NCBI GenBank assembly: GCA_963701965.1
Contig: OY969695.1
Span: 1,248,001 to 1,312,000, forward strand
DNA from: an uncultured Gemmatimonadales bacterium
GTDB taxonomy: Bacteria; Gemmatimonadota; Gemmatimonadetes; Gemmatimonadales; Gemmatimonadaceae
Reading direction: 5' to 3'
DNA length: 64,000 nt
Part shown: in pieces, positions 37,775 through 46,093 of the stretch
Layout: every line of letters starts with the position of its first letter
How positions within the stretch are numbered: position 1 is the first letter of the stretch
Notes under the pieces: generated by a model
The model's database searches: none
Told to the model about the DNA's origin: nothing
The model's input: the letters and a program-made list of their open reading frames with translations, nothing else
Made by a program: the position numbers and the translations under genes

Positions 37775-38359
37775 ATGCCTATCCCCGCGATTGACGTCGA
37801 TGCCCTCGGCAGGAACTGGTGGGCCGTGCTGCTACGCGGCGTGGTGGGCATCCTGTTCGGCATCGTCACGTTCATTGCCCCGGGCCTCAGCCTCGCCGCG
37901 CTCGTGCTGGCGTTTGGCTTCTATGCCATCGTCGACGGGGTCCTTTCGATCGTGAGCGCCCTCCGGCGGCCGAGTGCGGTCGACCACTGGTGGGTCGTGG
38001 TGCTCGAGGGGCTCGTGAGCCTGGCCGCCGGGCTCGCCGTGTTGTTCTGGCCACGCATCTCGGCGCTGGCCTTGTTGTATGCCGTTGCCATCTGGGCGCT
38101 CGTCACCGGCCTGTTCGAGATCGGCGCCGCCATTCGCCTACGCCGCGTAATCACGGGCGAATGGCTGCTGGTGCTGAGCGGCATCGCCTCCATCGTACTG
38201 GCCGTCGCCCTGTTCATGTTCCCCGGCCTTGGCGGGCTCGCGCTCGTCCTCTGGATCGGGGCCTACGCGTTCGTATTCGGCATACTGGTCGTGGCCTTCA
38301 GCCTGAAGCTCCGCTCCTGGGTCCGCACGCACCCCGCGCCGCTCATCGCGCCAGGCTGA
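37775..38359 (+). CDS. HdeD/DUF308-family membrane protein
   Basis: RNWW..LLRG...ILFG; FG.YA.VDG; A.WA.VTG..EI.AAIRLR..I.GEW.L. Confidence 0.9.
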   Translation: MPIPAIDVDALGRNWWAVLLRGVVGILFGIVTFIAPGLSLAALVLAFGFYAIVDGVLSIVSALRRPSAVDHWWVVVLEGLVSLAAGLAVLFWPRISALALLYAVAIWALVTGLFEIGAAIRLRRVITGEWLLVLSGIASIVLAVALFMFPGLGGLALVLWIGAYAFVFGILVVAFSLKLRSWVRTHPAPLIAPG

Positions 38360-40427
38360 ACGTCCCGGTCAGCGGTCCGATCATGACGTCGAAGGCGCCC
38401 GGCTCGATCACCGGGCGGCCATCCTGTCCCACGTAGGAGAGATCGCGTTCCTCGAGCGTGAACGCGAACGTGTGCGACGCGCCCGGCTCCAGCGTCACGC
38501 TGTCGAATCCCTTGAGCCGTCGCACGGCCGGCGTCAGGGACGCGTAGTGCTGGCGCGTGAAGAGGAGCGCCGTCTCTCGGCCGGCGCGATCGCCGGTATT
38601 CGTGATCGTGACCCGCACCGTGAGGCGCTCCCCTGCCCGAAGGACGGACCGGCCCAATCGGAGATCGGCATAGTCGAACGTCGTATAGCTCAAGCCCGTG
38701 CCCAGCAGCCACTGCGGCGCGAAACCGCCGGGCCCCCGCTCGAGACTCGCGTCGAGCGTCTCGGTGAAGCGATGGTCGTCCAGGAGCAGCGCGTGCGGAT
38801 GTCGGGGGTACGTGAACGGCAGCCGCCCACTGGGGTTGGTCTCGCCGAACAACACATTAGCGATCGCGTCCGCGCCTTCCATTCCGGGCCAGTAGGCCAT
38901 CAGGATGCCCCGCGCCACGTCGGCGATATCCTGAATGATCCGGGGCCGGCCTTCGGCCAGCACGAGAACCACGGGTACGCCGGCGCCCGCGAGGTCGGTG
39001 ACGAGACGGCGCTGGGGCTCGGGCAATGTCAGGTCGGCGATGTCGCCGAGCCACTCGGCGTAGGCATCCTCGCCGACGGCCACGATCGCGACGTCGGCGT
39101 CCTGGCCGGCGGCGACGACGTTGCTCGTATAACGACCGACCGCGTCGGCGAGCGTGGCGATGCCGGACGGATAGATCGAGGCATCGGTTCCTTGCCAGGA
39201 GTAGGTCCAACCGCCGTTGAGCATCGTCAGCGAGGTCGCGCCCGGTCCGGTGACCAGGACCCGCGCGTCCCGGCGCAGCGGCAGGATGCCATCGTTCTTC
39301 AAGAGCGTGAGCGACTCGCGCGCGGCCCGGCGGGCGACGTCCCGCGCGGCGGGCGTCGCCAACACGGCGCACGGGTCGGGATGCCACGCGCTGAATAATC
39401 CGAGACGGACTTTAAGGGAAAGAATCCGGGTGACGGAGGCGTCGATGCGCCGGGAGGAAATGGTGCCGTCGCGCACGAGCGCCAGTAGATGATCGGCGAA
39501 GGCGTAGTTGTCCGGAGCCATGCACACGTCGATTCCGGCTTCCACGATGAGGCGCACCGCATCCCGTATCGTGGGCGCGACCCGATGGCGCGTATGCAGA
39601 AATAGGACGTCGGCGTAGTCGGTCACGGCGACACCGGTGAACCCGAGCTCCTCGCGGAGGACGTGGGTCACCCAGTACCGGCTGGCGTGCACGGGCATGC
39701 CGTCGATCTCGCCGGAATTGATCATCACGGTCTGGGCGCCCGCCTCGATCGCGGCGCGGAACGGCGGCAGATAGTGTTCGCGCACGTCGCGCTCGCTGAG
39801 CGCGGCTGGCGTCCGGTCCCGTCCGGTCCGGGAGCCGCTGTATCCCACGAAGTGCTTCATCGTCGCCGCGACGCGGCCCGAAGACTGGAGACCCAGGATC
39901 GCCGCGCGGCCGAGCTCCGCCACGAGATGCGGGGCCTCGCCAAACGTCTCGTAGAACCGGGGCCAGACCGGTTGGCGTCCCGCGTCCAGCACCGGCGCGA
40001 AGTTCCAGGGCAGACCGGAGGCCAACGTCTCCCGCGCGGTGATCTCCGCGGTCTCCCGCACGAGACCGGGATCAAACGTGGCGGCGAGTCCAATGTTGTG
40101 CGGGAAGATCGTCGCGCCGCGCGTGAAATTGGCGCCGTGAACCGAGTCGATGCCGTAGATCACCGGGATGCGGAGTCGCGTCCCGGCGGCCACCTCCTGG
40201 ATCTGCCCCACGACCGCGTGCCACTGATCGAGGGTCTGGGCGACGTCGATGATGTTGAGCATGGAGCCGACGTGACGGTCGACGATCGCCTCCCGCAGTT
40301 TGGCGGCGTCGAACCGGATCGCGCCCGACGGATCACGGGTCGCCACGGCGGCCACCGTGAGCTGCGTCATCTGGCCGATCTTCTCTTCGAGCGTCATGCG
40401 CTCGAGCAACGCGTCGACGGTGCTCAC
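38343..40427 (-). CDS. GH3 beta-glucosidase, no signal peptide
   Basis: MTLEEKIGQM, GID.VHG, FPHNIGLAATF, KHFVGY, GVAVTDY (nucleophile Asp), LLKND..LPL, NPSGRLPFTYP, GLSYTTF.Y. Confidence 0.92.
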   Translation of the reverse strand: MSTVDALLERMTLEEKIGQMTQLTVAAVATRDPSGAIRFDAAKLREAIVDRHVGSMLNIIDVAQTLDQWHAVVGQIQEVAAGTRLRIPVIYGIDSVHGANFTRGATIFPHNIGLAATFDPGLVRETAEITARETLASGLPWNFAPVLDAGRQPVWPRFYETFGEAPHLVAELGRAAILGLQSSGRVAATMKHFVGYSGSRTGRDRTPAALSERDVREHYLPPFRAAIEAGAQTVMINSGEIDGMPVHASRYWVTHVLREELGFTGVAVTDYADVLFLHTRHRVAPTIRDAVRLIVEAGIDVCMAPDNYAFADHLLALVRDGTISSRRIDASVTRILSLKVRLGLFSAWHPDPCAVLATPAARDVARRAARESLTLLKNDGILPLRRDARVLVTGPGATSLTMLNGGWTYSWQGTDASIYPSGIATLADAVGRYTSNVVAAGQDADVAIVAVGEDAYAEWLGDIADLTLPEPQRRLVTDLAGAGVPVVLVLAEGRPRIIQDIADVARGILMAYWPGMEGADAIANVLFGETNPSGRLPFTYPRHPHALLLDDHRFTETLDASLERGPGGFAPQWLLGTGLSYTTFDYADLRLGRSVLRAGERLTVRVTITNTGDRAGRETALLFTRQHYASLTPAVRRLKGFDSVTLEPGASHTFAFTLEERDLSYVGQDGRPVIEPGAFDVMIGPLTGTFSLAR

Positions 40428-40464
40428 CCGACCACAAGACTAACGCGCGGCCTTATACTGCTCC

Positions 40465-42525
40465 ATGGCCGAACACGGGACGCTGGACCGGGCCATCGCC
40501 CACCATCAGGCCGGACGTCTCGCCGAGGCGGCGAAGCTCTATCGCCGCGTCCTGCGCACCGACCCGCGCCAGGCCAATGCGCTGTACCTCCTCGGCGTCA
40601 TCGCCCACCAGACCAACGACCACGCCGGGGCCGTCGCGCTCGTGCGGCAGGCGTTAGACCTCGCGCCGAACCAGGGCCCCTGGCACAATCTCCTGGGCCT
40701 GTCACTCCTGAGCCTGGGCCGCGAAGCGGAAGCCAATGCCAGTTTAGCGCGCGCGACCGCGCTCGATCCCGGCCCCGAGTCATACAATAGCCTAGGCAAT
40801 CTCCGCAAACAGCAGCGCCGCCTCAATGACGCGATCGCCGCCTACGCGCGCGCGATCGGCCGCGAGCCCCGATACCCCGACGCGCATTTCAACCTGGGAC
40901 TCGCGCTGCGGGAAAAGGGCGACGACGTCGCGGCCGCGGCCAGCTTTCGGAAGGCCCTCGAGATCCAGCCCGCCCACGTCGATGCGAAGGCCGCCCTGAG
41001 TCAGCTCCATCTCGAGTCCGGCAACGCGCACCACGCGCGCGGCGCGCTCGACGACGCGATCGCCGCCTACCACGCCGCGCTGGCGGTCGATCCCGCCATG
41101 GCGGTCGCGTGGTACGCCATGGGATGCGCCGAGAGCGCCGCCAAGCACTACGTCGCGGCGACGACCAGTTTCCATCGCGCGCTGGACTTGCAGCCCGCGT
41201 GGCCGGAGGCCGCGCACAACTTCGGCCAAGCGTTGTTCCATCTCGGCCAGATCGAGGAAGCGTTGGCGATGTTTCGGCGGGCCGCGGCCGGCGGGCCGAT
41301 CGAGCTGCCGCTGTCGGCGATCGCCGTGGCCATTCCCGGCAGCCCCGCGAGCGACAATCAGGCCGTGCTCGTCGCCCGGCGGGAGTGGGCGGACCGCTGC
41401 CTCCCGTCCGCTCCCGCGCGTGCGCCCGGCGCACGATCGCCGGGCGGCCGGCTACGCGTCGGATACGTGTCGGCGTTCTTTCACCGGCACAACTGGATGA
41501 AGCCCGTGTGGGGTCTCATCAATCGCCATGACCGGCAACAGATCGCGGTGCATCTCTTCTCCGATGCCGCGGCATCGGCCATCGCCCACGGCTATCGACC
41601 CCAGCCTGGCGACCGATTTACCGAGACCGGTCACCTGTCCAACGAGACAATGGCCGAAGCGATCGCCCGGGCGGAGATCGACATTCTCGTCGATCTCAAC
41701 GGGTATAGCACACCGCGGCGGCTCCCGGTGTTCGCGGTGCGCCCGGCGCCCGTGATCGCCGGTTGGTTCAACATGTTCGCCACCACCGGGATGTCCTGCT
41801 ACGACTGTCTCGTGGGCGACGCGGTCGTGATCCCGCCCGAGGAAGAGCGCTTCTATACGGAGCCGATCGCGCGCGTCCCGGGCAGCTATCTCACATTCGC
41901 CGTCGACTACCCCGTGCCGCCGGTCGCCGATCCCCCATCGTCCCGGACGGACGGCTTCGCGTTCGGATGCCTGGCGCCGCAGTACAAGATCACGCCCGAC
42001 GTCATTGCGGCGTGGTGTCGGATCCTGCACGGCGTCCCGGGCAGCACGTTGCTCCTCAAGAGCACCGCGCTCGCCGGCGCCGGCGAACGGCGATTCGTGC
42101 ATAGGCTGTTCGCGCGTCACGACATCCCGAGTGACCGGGTGCGGCTCGATGGTCCGTCCGATCACTACCGTTTTCTGGAAGCGTACGACGCCGTCGACGT
42201 GGCGTTGGACACGTTTCCGTACAACGGCGGCACGACCACGACGGAGGCCATCTGGCAGGGCGTGCCCGTGGTGACGTTCTGGGGAGATCGGTGGGTCTCG
42301 CGCACCAGCGCGTCAATTCTGCGCGCGGGCAACCTGGGCGACTTCGTCGCCGCCGATGTCGATGCCTACGTGGCGATGGCGATCGGCCTGGCGCACGCGC
42401 CGCTCACGGAGATCCGGCGCACAATGCGCGCTCGGCTGCGCGATGCACCGGTGTGCGACACGCAGAGCTTCGCGGCCCACATGGAAACGCTCTATGCGAG
42501 GCTCTGCGCATCGCGGCAGCGATGA
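40465..42525 (+). CDS. TPR-containing O-linked glycosyltransferase (OGT/SPINDLY, GT41-like)
   Basis: Multiple TPRs; LRVGYVS, IDILVDLNG, PAPV, DVALDTFPYNGGTTTTEAIWQGVPVVT. Confidence 0.9.
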   Translation: MAEHGTLDRAIAHHQAGRLAEAAKLYRRVLRTDPRQANALYLLGVIAHQTNDHAGAVALVRQALDLAPNQGPWHNLLGLSLLSLGREAEANASLARATALDPGPESYNSLGNLRKQQRRLNDAIAAYARAIGREPRYPDAHFNLGLALREKGDDVAAAASFRKALEIQPAHVDAKAALSQLHLESGNAHHARGALDDAIAAYHAALAVDPAMAVAWYAMGCAESAAKHYVAATTSFHRALDLQPAWPEAAHNFGQALFHLGQIEEALAMFRRAAAGGPIELPLSAIAVAIPGSPASDNQAVLVARREWADRCLPSAPARAPGARSPGGRLRVGYVSAFFHRHNWMKPVWGLINRHDRQQIAVHLFSDAAASAIAHGYRPQPGDRFTETGHLSNETMAEAIARAEIDILVDLNGYSTPRRLPVFAVRPAPVIAGWFNMFATTGMSCYDCLVGDAVVIPPEEERFYTEPIARVPGSYLTFAVDYPVPPVADPPSSRTDGFAFGCLAPQYKITPDVIAAWCRILHGVPGSTLLLKSTALAGAGERRFVHRLFARHDIPSDRVRLDGPSDHYRFLEAYDAVDVALDTFPYNGGTTTTEAIWQGVPVVTFWGDRWVSRTSASILRAGNLGDFVAADVDAYVAMAIGLAHAPLTEIRRTMRARLRDAPVCDTQSFAAHMETLYARLCASRQR

Positions 42526-42528
42526 CGA

Positions 42529-42753
42529 CTAGTGGTGATCGTCGTGATCGTGACGCCAATCCCAGTACGCCTTCTGCTCATCGGCATTCCGGTCCCTGAA
42601 CTCCCGGTGGTCCCGATGCGTGTCCCGCTCCCACTGGCCGTAGTACACGACTTCCTGATCGCTCCACTCATCATGATACCGATGACCCCCGGTCGCACAG
42701 GCGCCCGTGGTGGCGATCAGTAACGCAGCTAGAACCGCATATGGAGTACGCAT
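42529..42753 (-). CDS. Small His/Asp-rich lipoprotein
   Basis: AGGAG RBS; LLIATTGAC lipobox; ...YWDWRHDHDDHH. Confidence 0.65.
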   Translation of the reverse strand: MRTPYAVLAALLIATTGACATGGHRYHDEWSDQEVVYYGQWERDTHRDHREFRDRNADEQKAYWDWRHDHDDHH

Positions 42754-42761
42754 ATACGCTC

Positions 42762-44303
42762 CTAATGCACGTAGTGGGCCATCAACATCGGCGGAGGGCG
42801 GTAGGCCACATGTCCCCGGGTGTCGTACGGGACATCATATGGCGCATCGCCGCGCGGCCAGTCTAATGCCTTGCCGGCGAGATCGGGCCGCGGATGCGAC
42901 AGCATGTACGCGGCGAGATCGAACGCGTCCTGATCGGTGAGCGTGCCGGGACGATCGTACGGCATCGCGCGCCGGATGAATGAGGCCGCGCGTCCTTCGC
43001 GCGCCATCGACGCGCCGACACTGAATGACCGCGGCCCCCACAGCGGCGGCGCCATCGCCGTTCCTTCACCGACGGGACCATGACAGCGGCTGCACTGCGG
43101 GCCGTACAGCGTCGCGCCCCGCGTCGTATCGCCCGTGAGCGGCGAGAGCGTCGGGAGGCCGGAGCCTCGCACCTCGGCCCCGCGCGGGATGCCCGTCGAG
43201 AGAAACGCGAGATAGGCGATCATGTCGTGCATGTCGCGGCTCGAGTCCGCGAGCGGCTGACCCGCGAGGCTGCGCGTGAGGCAGAAGTTGATGCGCTCTT
43301 CGATCGATGCCACCGCGCCCTTGCGCTCGATGAAGCGCGGATAGCGCGCGTAGGTGCCGATGAGCATCGCCCCGCCCGCCCGCCGCCCGCCGTCGATGTG
43401 GCAGCTGAGACATCGCAAGGCATTCGCGGCATTGGCGGGAAGACTGTCGTGCGTGTGCGCGATCAACGCCAGCCCGCGCCGGATAGACGCGCCGGCGCTA
43501 TCGTGCGGGATCGTCGAGTCGGACGGCACGACGGATGGTTCGATGGCGACGGCCGGTTTCGGTGCCCGCGTCTTGAAAAACATGAACGCGCCGACGGCGA
43601 GGAGCAGCACGGCGAAACCGCGTTTGAGGCGCGCTGGGGAGATCAGGGCGCAGAGTTGCGTGCCGATCAGGATGCCGATGACCGCCACTCCCGTAAAGAG
43701 GCCGACCGTCGGCCAGGACATTGGGACGTGGCCCAGGTAGCCGACGAGACCCGCCGCGGAGTTCGCGGCGATCACCAAGAGCGACGTGCCGATGGCGAGC
43801 GGCATCGGCACGTTTCCGAACAACACCAACGCCGGGACAATCAGGAATCCGCCGCCCACTCCGACGAGTCCGGTGAGGACGCCGACGCCGGCGCCGACCG
43901 GCGCCAGGCGTAACGGGTGCGGCGCCCGGGTTGCCGCCACCTCCGGGCGGGACGCGTTCCGGAACATTGAGACTGCGGCCACGCAAATGACCAGCGCCAA
44001 CAACGAGAGTTGGACCGGACCGGAGAGCCGCGTCCCCAGACGCGCGCCGACGTACGCCAGCGGGATGGCCGTGACGCCGAAAATGGCGGCCATCCGGAAA
44101 TCCATGCGGCCCGCGCGCCAGTGACCGATGGCGCCGACCAGGCTGACCGTGCCGACGACGACGAGGCTCATCGCGATCGCTTGCTTGGCCTCGAACCCCA
44201 AGACGTACACGAAGATCGGCACGGTCAGGACCGAGCCGCCACCACCCAGGAGCCCCAGCGAAAGACCGACGGCCAGCGCCAGCGCGAGTCCGAGAACCGT
44301 CAC
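42762..44303 (-). CDS. Fusion: TauE/SafE (TSUP) transporter + TsdA-like di-heme c thiosulfate dehydrogenase
   Basis: GLLGGGGSVLTVP and GLVGVGGGFLIVP repeats, AIGTSL; then CLSCH, YPRF..RKG....EERINFCLTRSL.G, CSRCHG..G.G, PPLWG..SF..GA.M.R, FI...MP. Confidence 0.88.
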   Translation of the reverse strand: MTVLGLALALAVGLSLGLLGGGGSVLTVPIFVYVLGFEAKQAIAMSLVVVGTVSLVGAIGHWRAGRMDFRMAAIFGVTAIPLAYVGARLGTRLSGPVQLSLLALVICVAAVSMFRNASRPEVAATRAPHPLRLAPVGAGVGVLTGLVGVGGGFLIVPALVLFGNVPMPLAIGTSLLVIAANSAAGLVGYLGHVPMSWPTVGLFTGVAVIGILIGTQLCALISPARLKRGFAVLLLAVGAFMFFKTRAPKPAVAIEPSVVPSDSTIPHDSAGASIRRGLALIAHTHDSLPANAANALRCLSCHIDGGRRAGGAMLIGTYARYPRFIERKGAVASIEERINFCLTRSLAGQPLADSSRDMHDMIAYLAFLSTGIPRGAEVRGSGLPTLSPLTGDTTRGATLYGPQCSRCHGPVGEGTAMAPPLWGPRSFSVGASMAREGRAASFIRRAMPYDRPGTLTDQDAFDLAAYMLSHPRPDLAGKALDWPRGDAPYDVPYDTRGHVAYRPPPMLMAHYVH

Positions 44304-44319
44304 GCCGGCTGGTACCCGA

Positions 44320-44964
44320 CTACGCGGCGTAGCAGTACGTACAGCCCTTTTCTTGCGCGCGGTTCACGGCCAGCACCCCGATGGGCACCAGGTTCATTCC
44401 CGGCAACAGCGCTTCCGTCCACTCCTGCTTCGCGGCGGCCGCGGTGGTGCCGGCGGCGGGCGCGAATCGCTCGCTGATCTTGGTCAAGGCGACATTGCAC
44501 ACCGTGAAGATGACGCCACGGTTGACCAGCGTGGGAATGTCACTGCCGGGGGCCGGCACGCCGTCGGCGTGAATGAACGGGTTCCGCGTCGCGGGCGCCT
44601 TGGTGGCGGGGTCGTTGACCTTGAAGGCTTCGCCGATCTTGTACTTGCTCCACATTGCGTCGCTGAGTGCCATCGGCATCGCGAAGTGGCGGAAGCCGAC
44701 CACGGCGCTGAGGTCCTTGTCCGTGAGGCCGTAGGCTTCGTGATTCAGATTGAGAAAACCGGCGGCGAATGCCAGACCGAAACCGTCGTTCGTCGAGACG
44801 GCATCGAAGAACTGCTTGTGCTTGCCCGTGATCTTGTCGAGCCAGGCATCGCTCCAAGGTGCGCGGGCGCCGTTCGGCTCTGCCAAGGCTGCGGCGAACG
44901 GCATGGCGAGCGCGGCGGCGCCCACCGATATGCTTTCCAGAAACGCGCGGCGATCAGACTGCAT
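44320..44964 (-). CDS. Tat-exported DsrE-like protein
   Basis: DRRAFL signal; HKQFFD, VVGFRH.A, L..RGV.F.VCNVAL, VP.GV.AV.RAQE.GCTY. Confidence 0.7.
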   Translation of the reverse strand: MQSDRRAFLESISVGAAALAMPFAAALAEPNGARAPWSDAWLDKITGKHKQFFDAVSTNDGFGLAFAAGFLNLNHEAYGLTDKDLSAVVGFRHFAMPMALSDAMWSKYKIGEAFKVNDPATKAPATRNPFIHADGVPAPGSDIPTLVNRGVIFTVCNVALTKISERFAPAAGTTAAAAKQEWTEALLPGMNLVPIGVLAVNRAQEKGCTYCYAA

Positions 44965-45334
44965 GAGTAAGCCCTCGTCACGTGAAGCGGTGGTCGGAGA
45001 ATACTGTGCGCTCCCCCCGATAGCGCGCGACTTCCTCGTTCCAGTTGGCCTCAGTTTGGGCGATCAAAGCCTTGAAGTACGGCACCAGCTCCGGCGGGCG
45101 CAGGAGCTCGGCGTGCGGCGGTGGCGCGCTACGGGGCGTGGGGCGGGCAGTAAGTGTCGTCATGCTGCATAGAGGGAAGCAAAACTCGTGACGGAGGAAC
45201 GCGCAATACAAACGCTTGTCGCGCAGACACTTACGGAATTGCTGCCGCCGCCCCGTGTTGTGACCGCGCTACACTGTCGCGGGGAGTGCCGAAGCATTGA
45301 CAGCCGCGCGCGCCGGGTAGGAATTACTTCGCAC

Positions 45335-46087
45335 ATGGCTCATGCGCCGTTGCCGATCACGATGCGCCGCGATGCTTGGTGGGTCCAGCCGGCCGTCACA
45401 GGGATCATTCTCCTCTCGTTCATTGTTTACGCGACTTGGGCCGCGTTCCAGGGCACCCACTACCGGTTCGGCCCCTATCTGTCGCCCTTCTATTCGCCGG
45501 AGTTTCCGCGACCCGGCTGGTGGCCCGGATGGCTGCCGTACTCGCCGGCGCTGTTGATTTTGCCGTTCCCCGGACTCTTTCGCGTCACGTGCTACTACTA
45601 CCGGGGCGCGTACTACAAGGCCTTGTGGGCCGATCCGCCGGCCTGCACGGTGAAGGAACCCCGGTCGACGTACTGGGGTGAGCAGCGGTTTCCGCTGATC
45701 CTGCAGAACGTGCACCGGTACTTCCTCTACATCGCGCTGGTCTTTCTCATCATTCTCGCGCACGACGTCTGGAACGCGTTGTGGTTCACGGACCCGGCCA
45801 GCGGCCGTGTGAGCTTCGGCATCGGCGTCGGCACGATCGTTCTGGCCGTCAACACCTGCCTGTTGGCGAGCTACACCTTTGGCTGCCACTCGCTGCGGCA
45901 CGTGATCGGCGGCTATTTCGATCGGTTGGCCAACCGGCCGGTCCGGCGTTCCGCGTACGCCTGCGTGAGCTGCTTCAATCGATGGCACATGCGATGGGCC
46001 TGGATGAGCCTGTTCGGCGTGGCCTTTGCCGACCTCTACGTGCGCCTGTGCTCGATGGGCATCTGGCACGACTGGCGTCTTTGGTGA
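45335..46087 (+). CDS. Succinate dehydrogenase membrane anchor, Sdh1 (Rv0249c-like) type
   Basis: R.D.WW..P, YLSPFYSP, FR.TCYYYR.AYY..., Y.GE.RFPLI.QN.HRYF, GCHS.RH; directly upstream of the flavoprotein. Confidence 0.85.
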   Translation: MAHAPLPITMRRDAWWVQPAVTGIILLSFIVYATWAAFQGTHYRFGPYLSPFYSPEFPRPGWWPGWLPYSPALLILPFPGLFRVTCYYYRGAYYKALWADPPACTVKEPRSTYWGEQRFPLILQNVHRYFLYIALVFLIILAHDVWNALWFTDPASGRVSFGIGVGTIVLAVNTCLLASYTFGCHSLRHVIGGYFDRLANRPVRRSAYACVSCFNRWHMRWAWMSLFGVAFADLYVRLCSMGIWHDWRLW

Positions 46088-46093
46088 CCGCAC

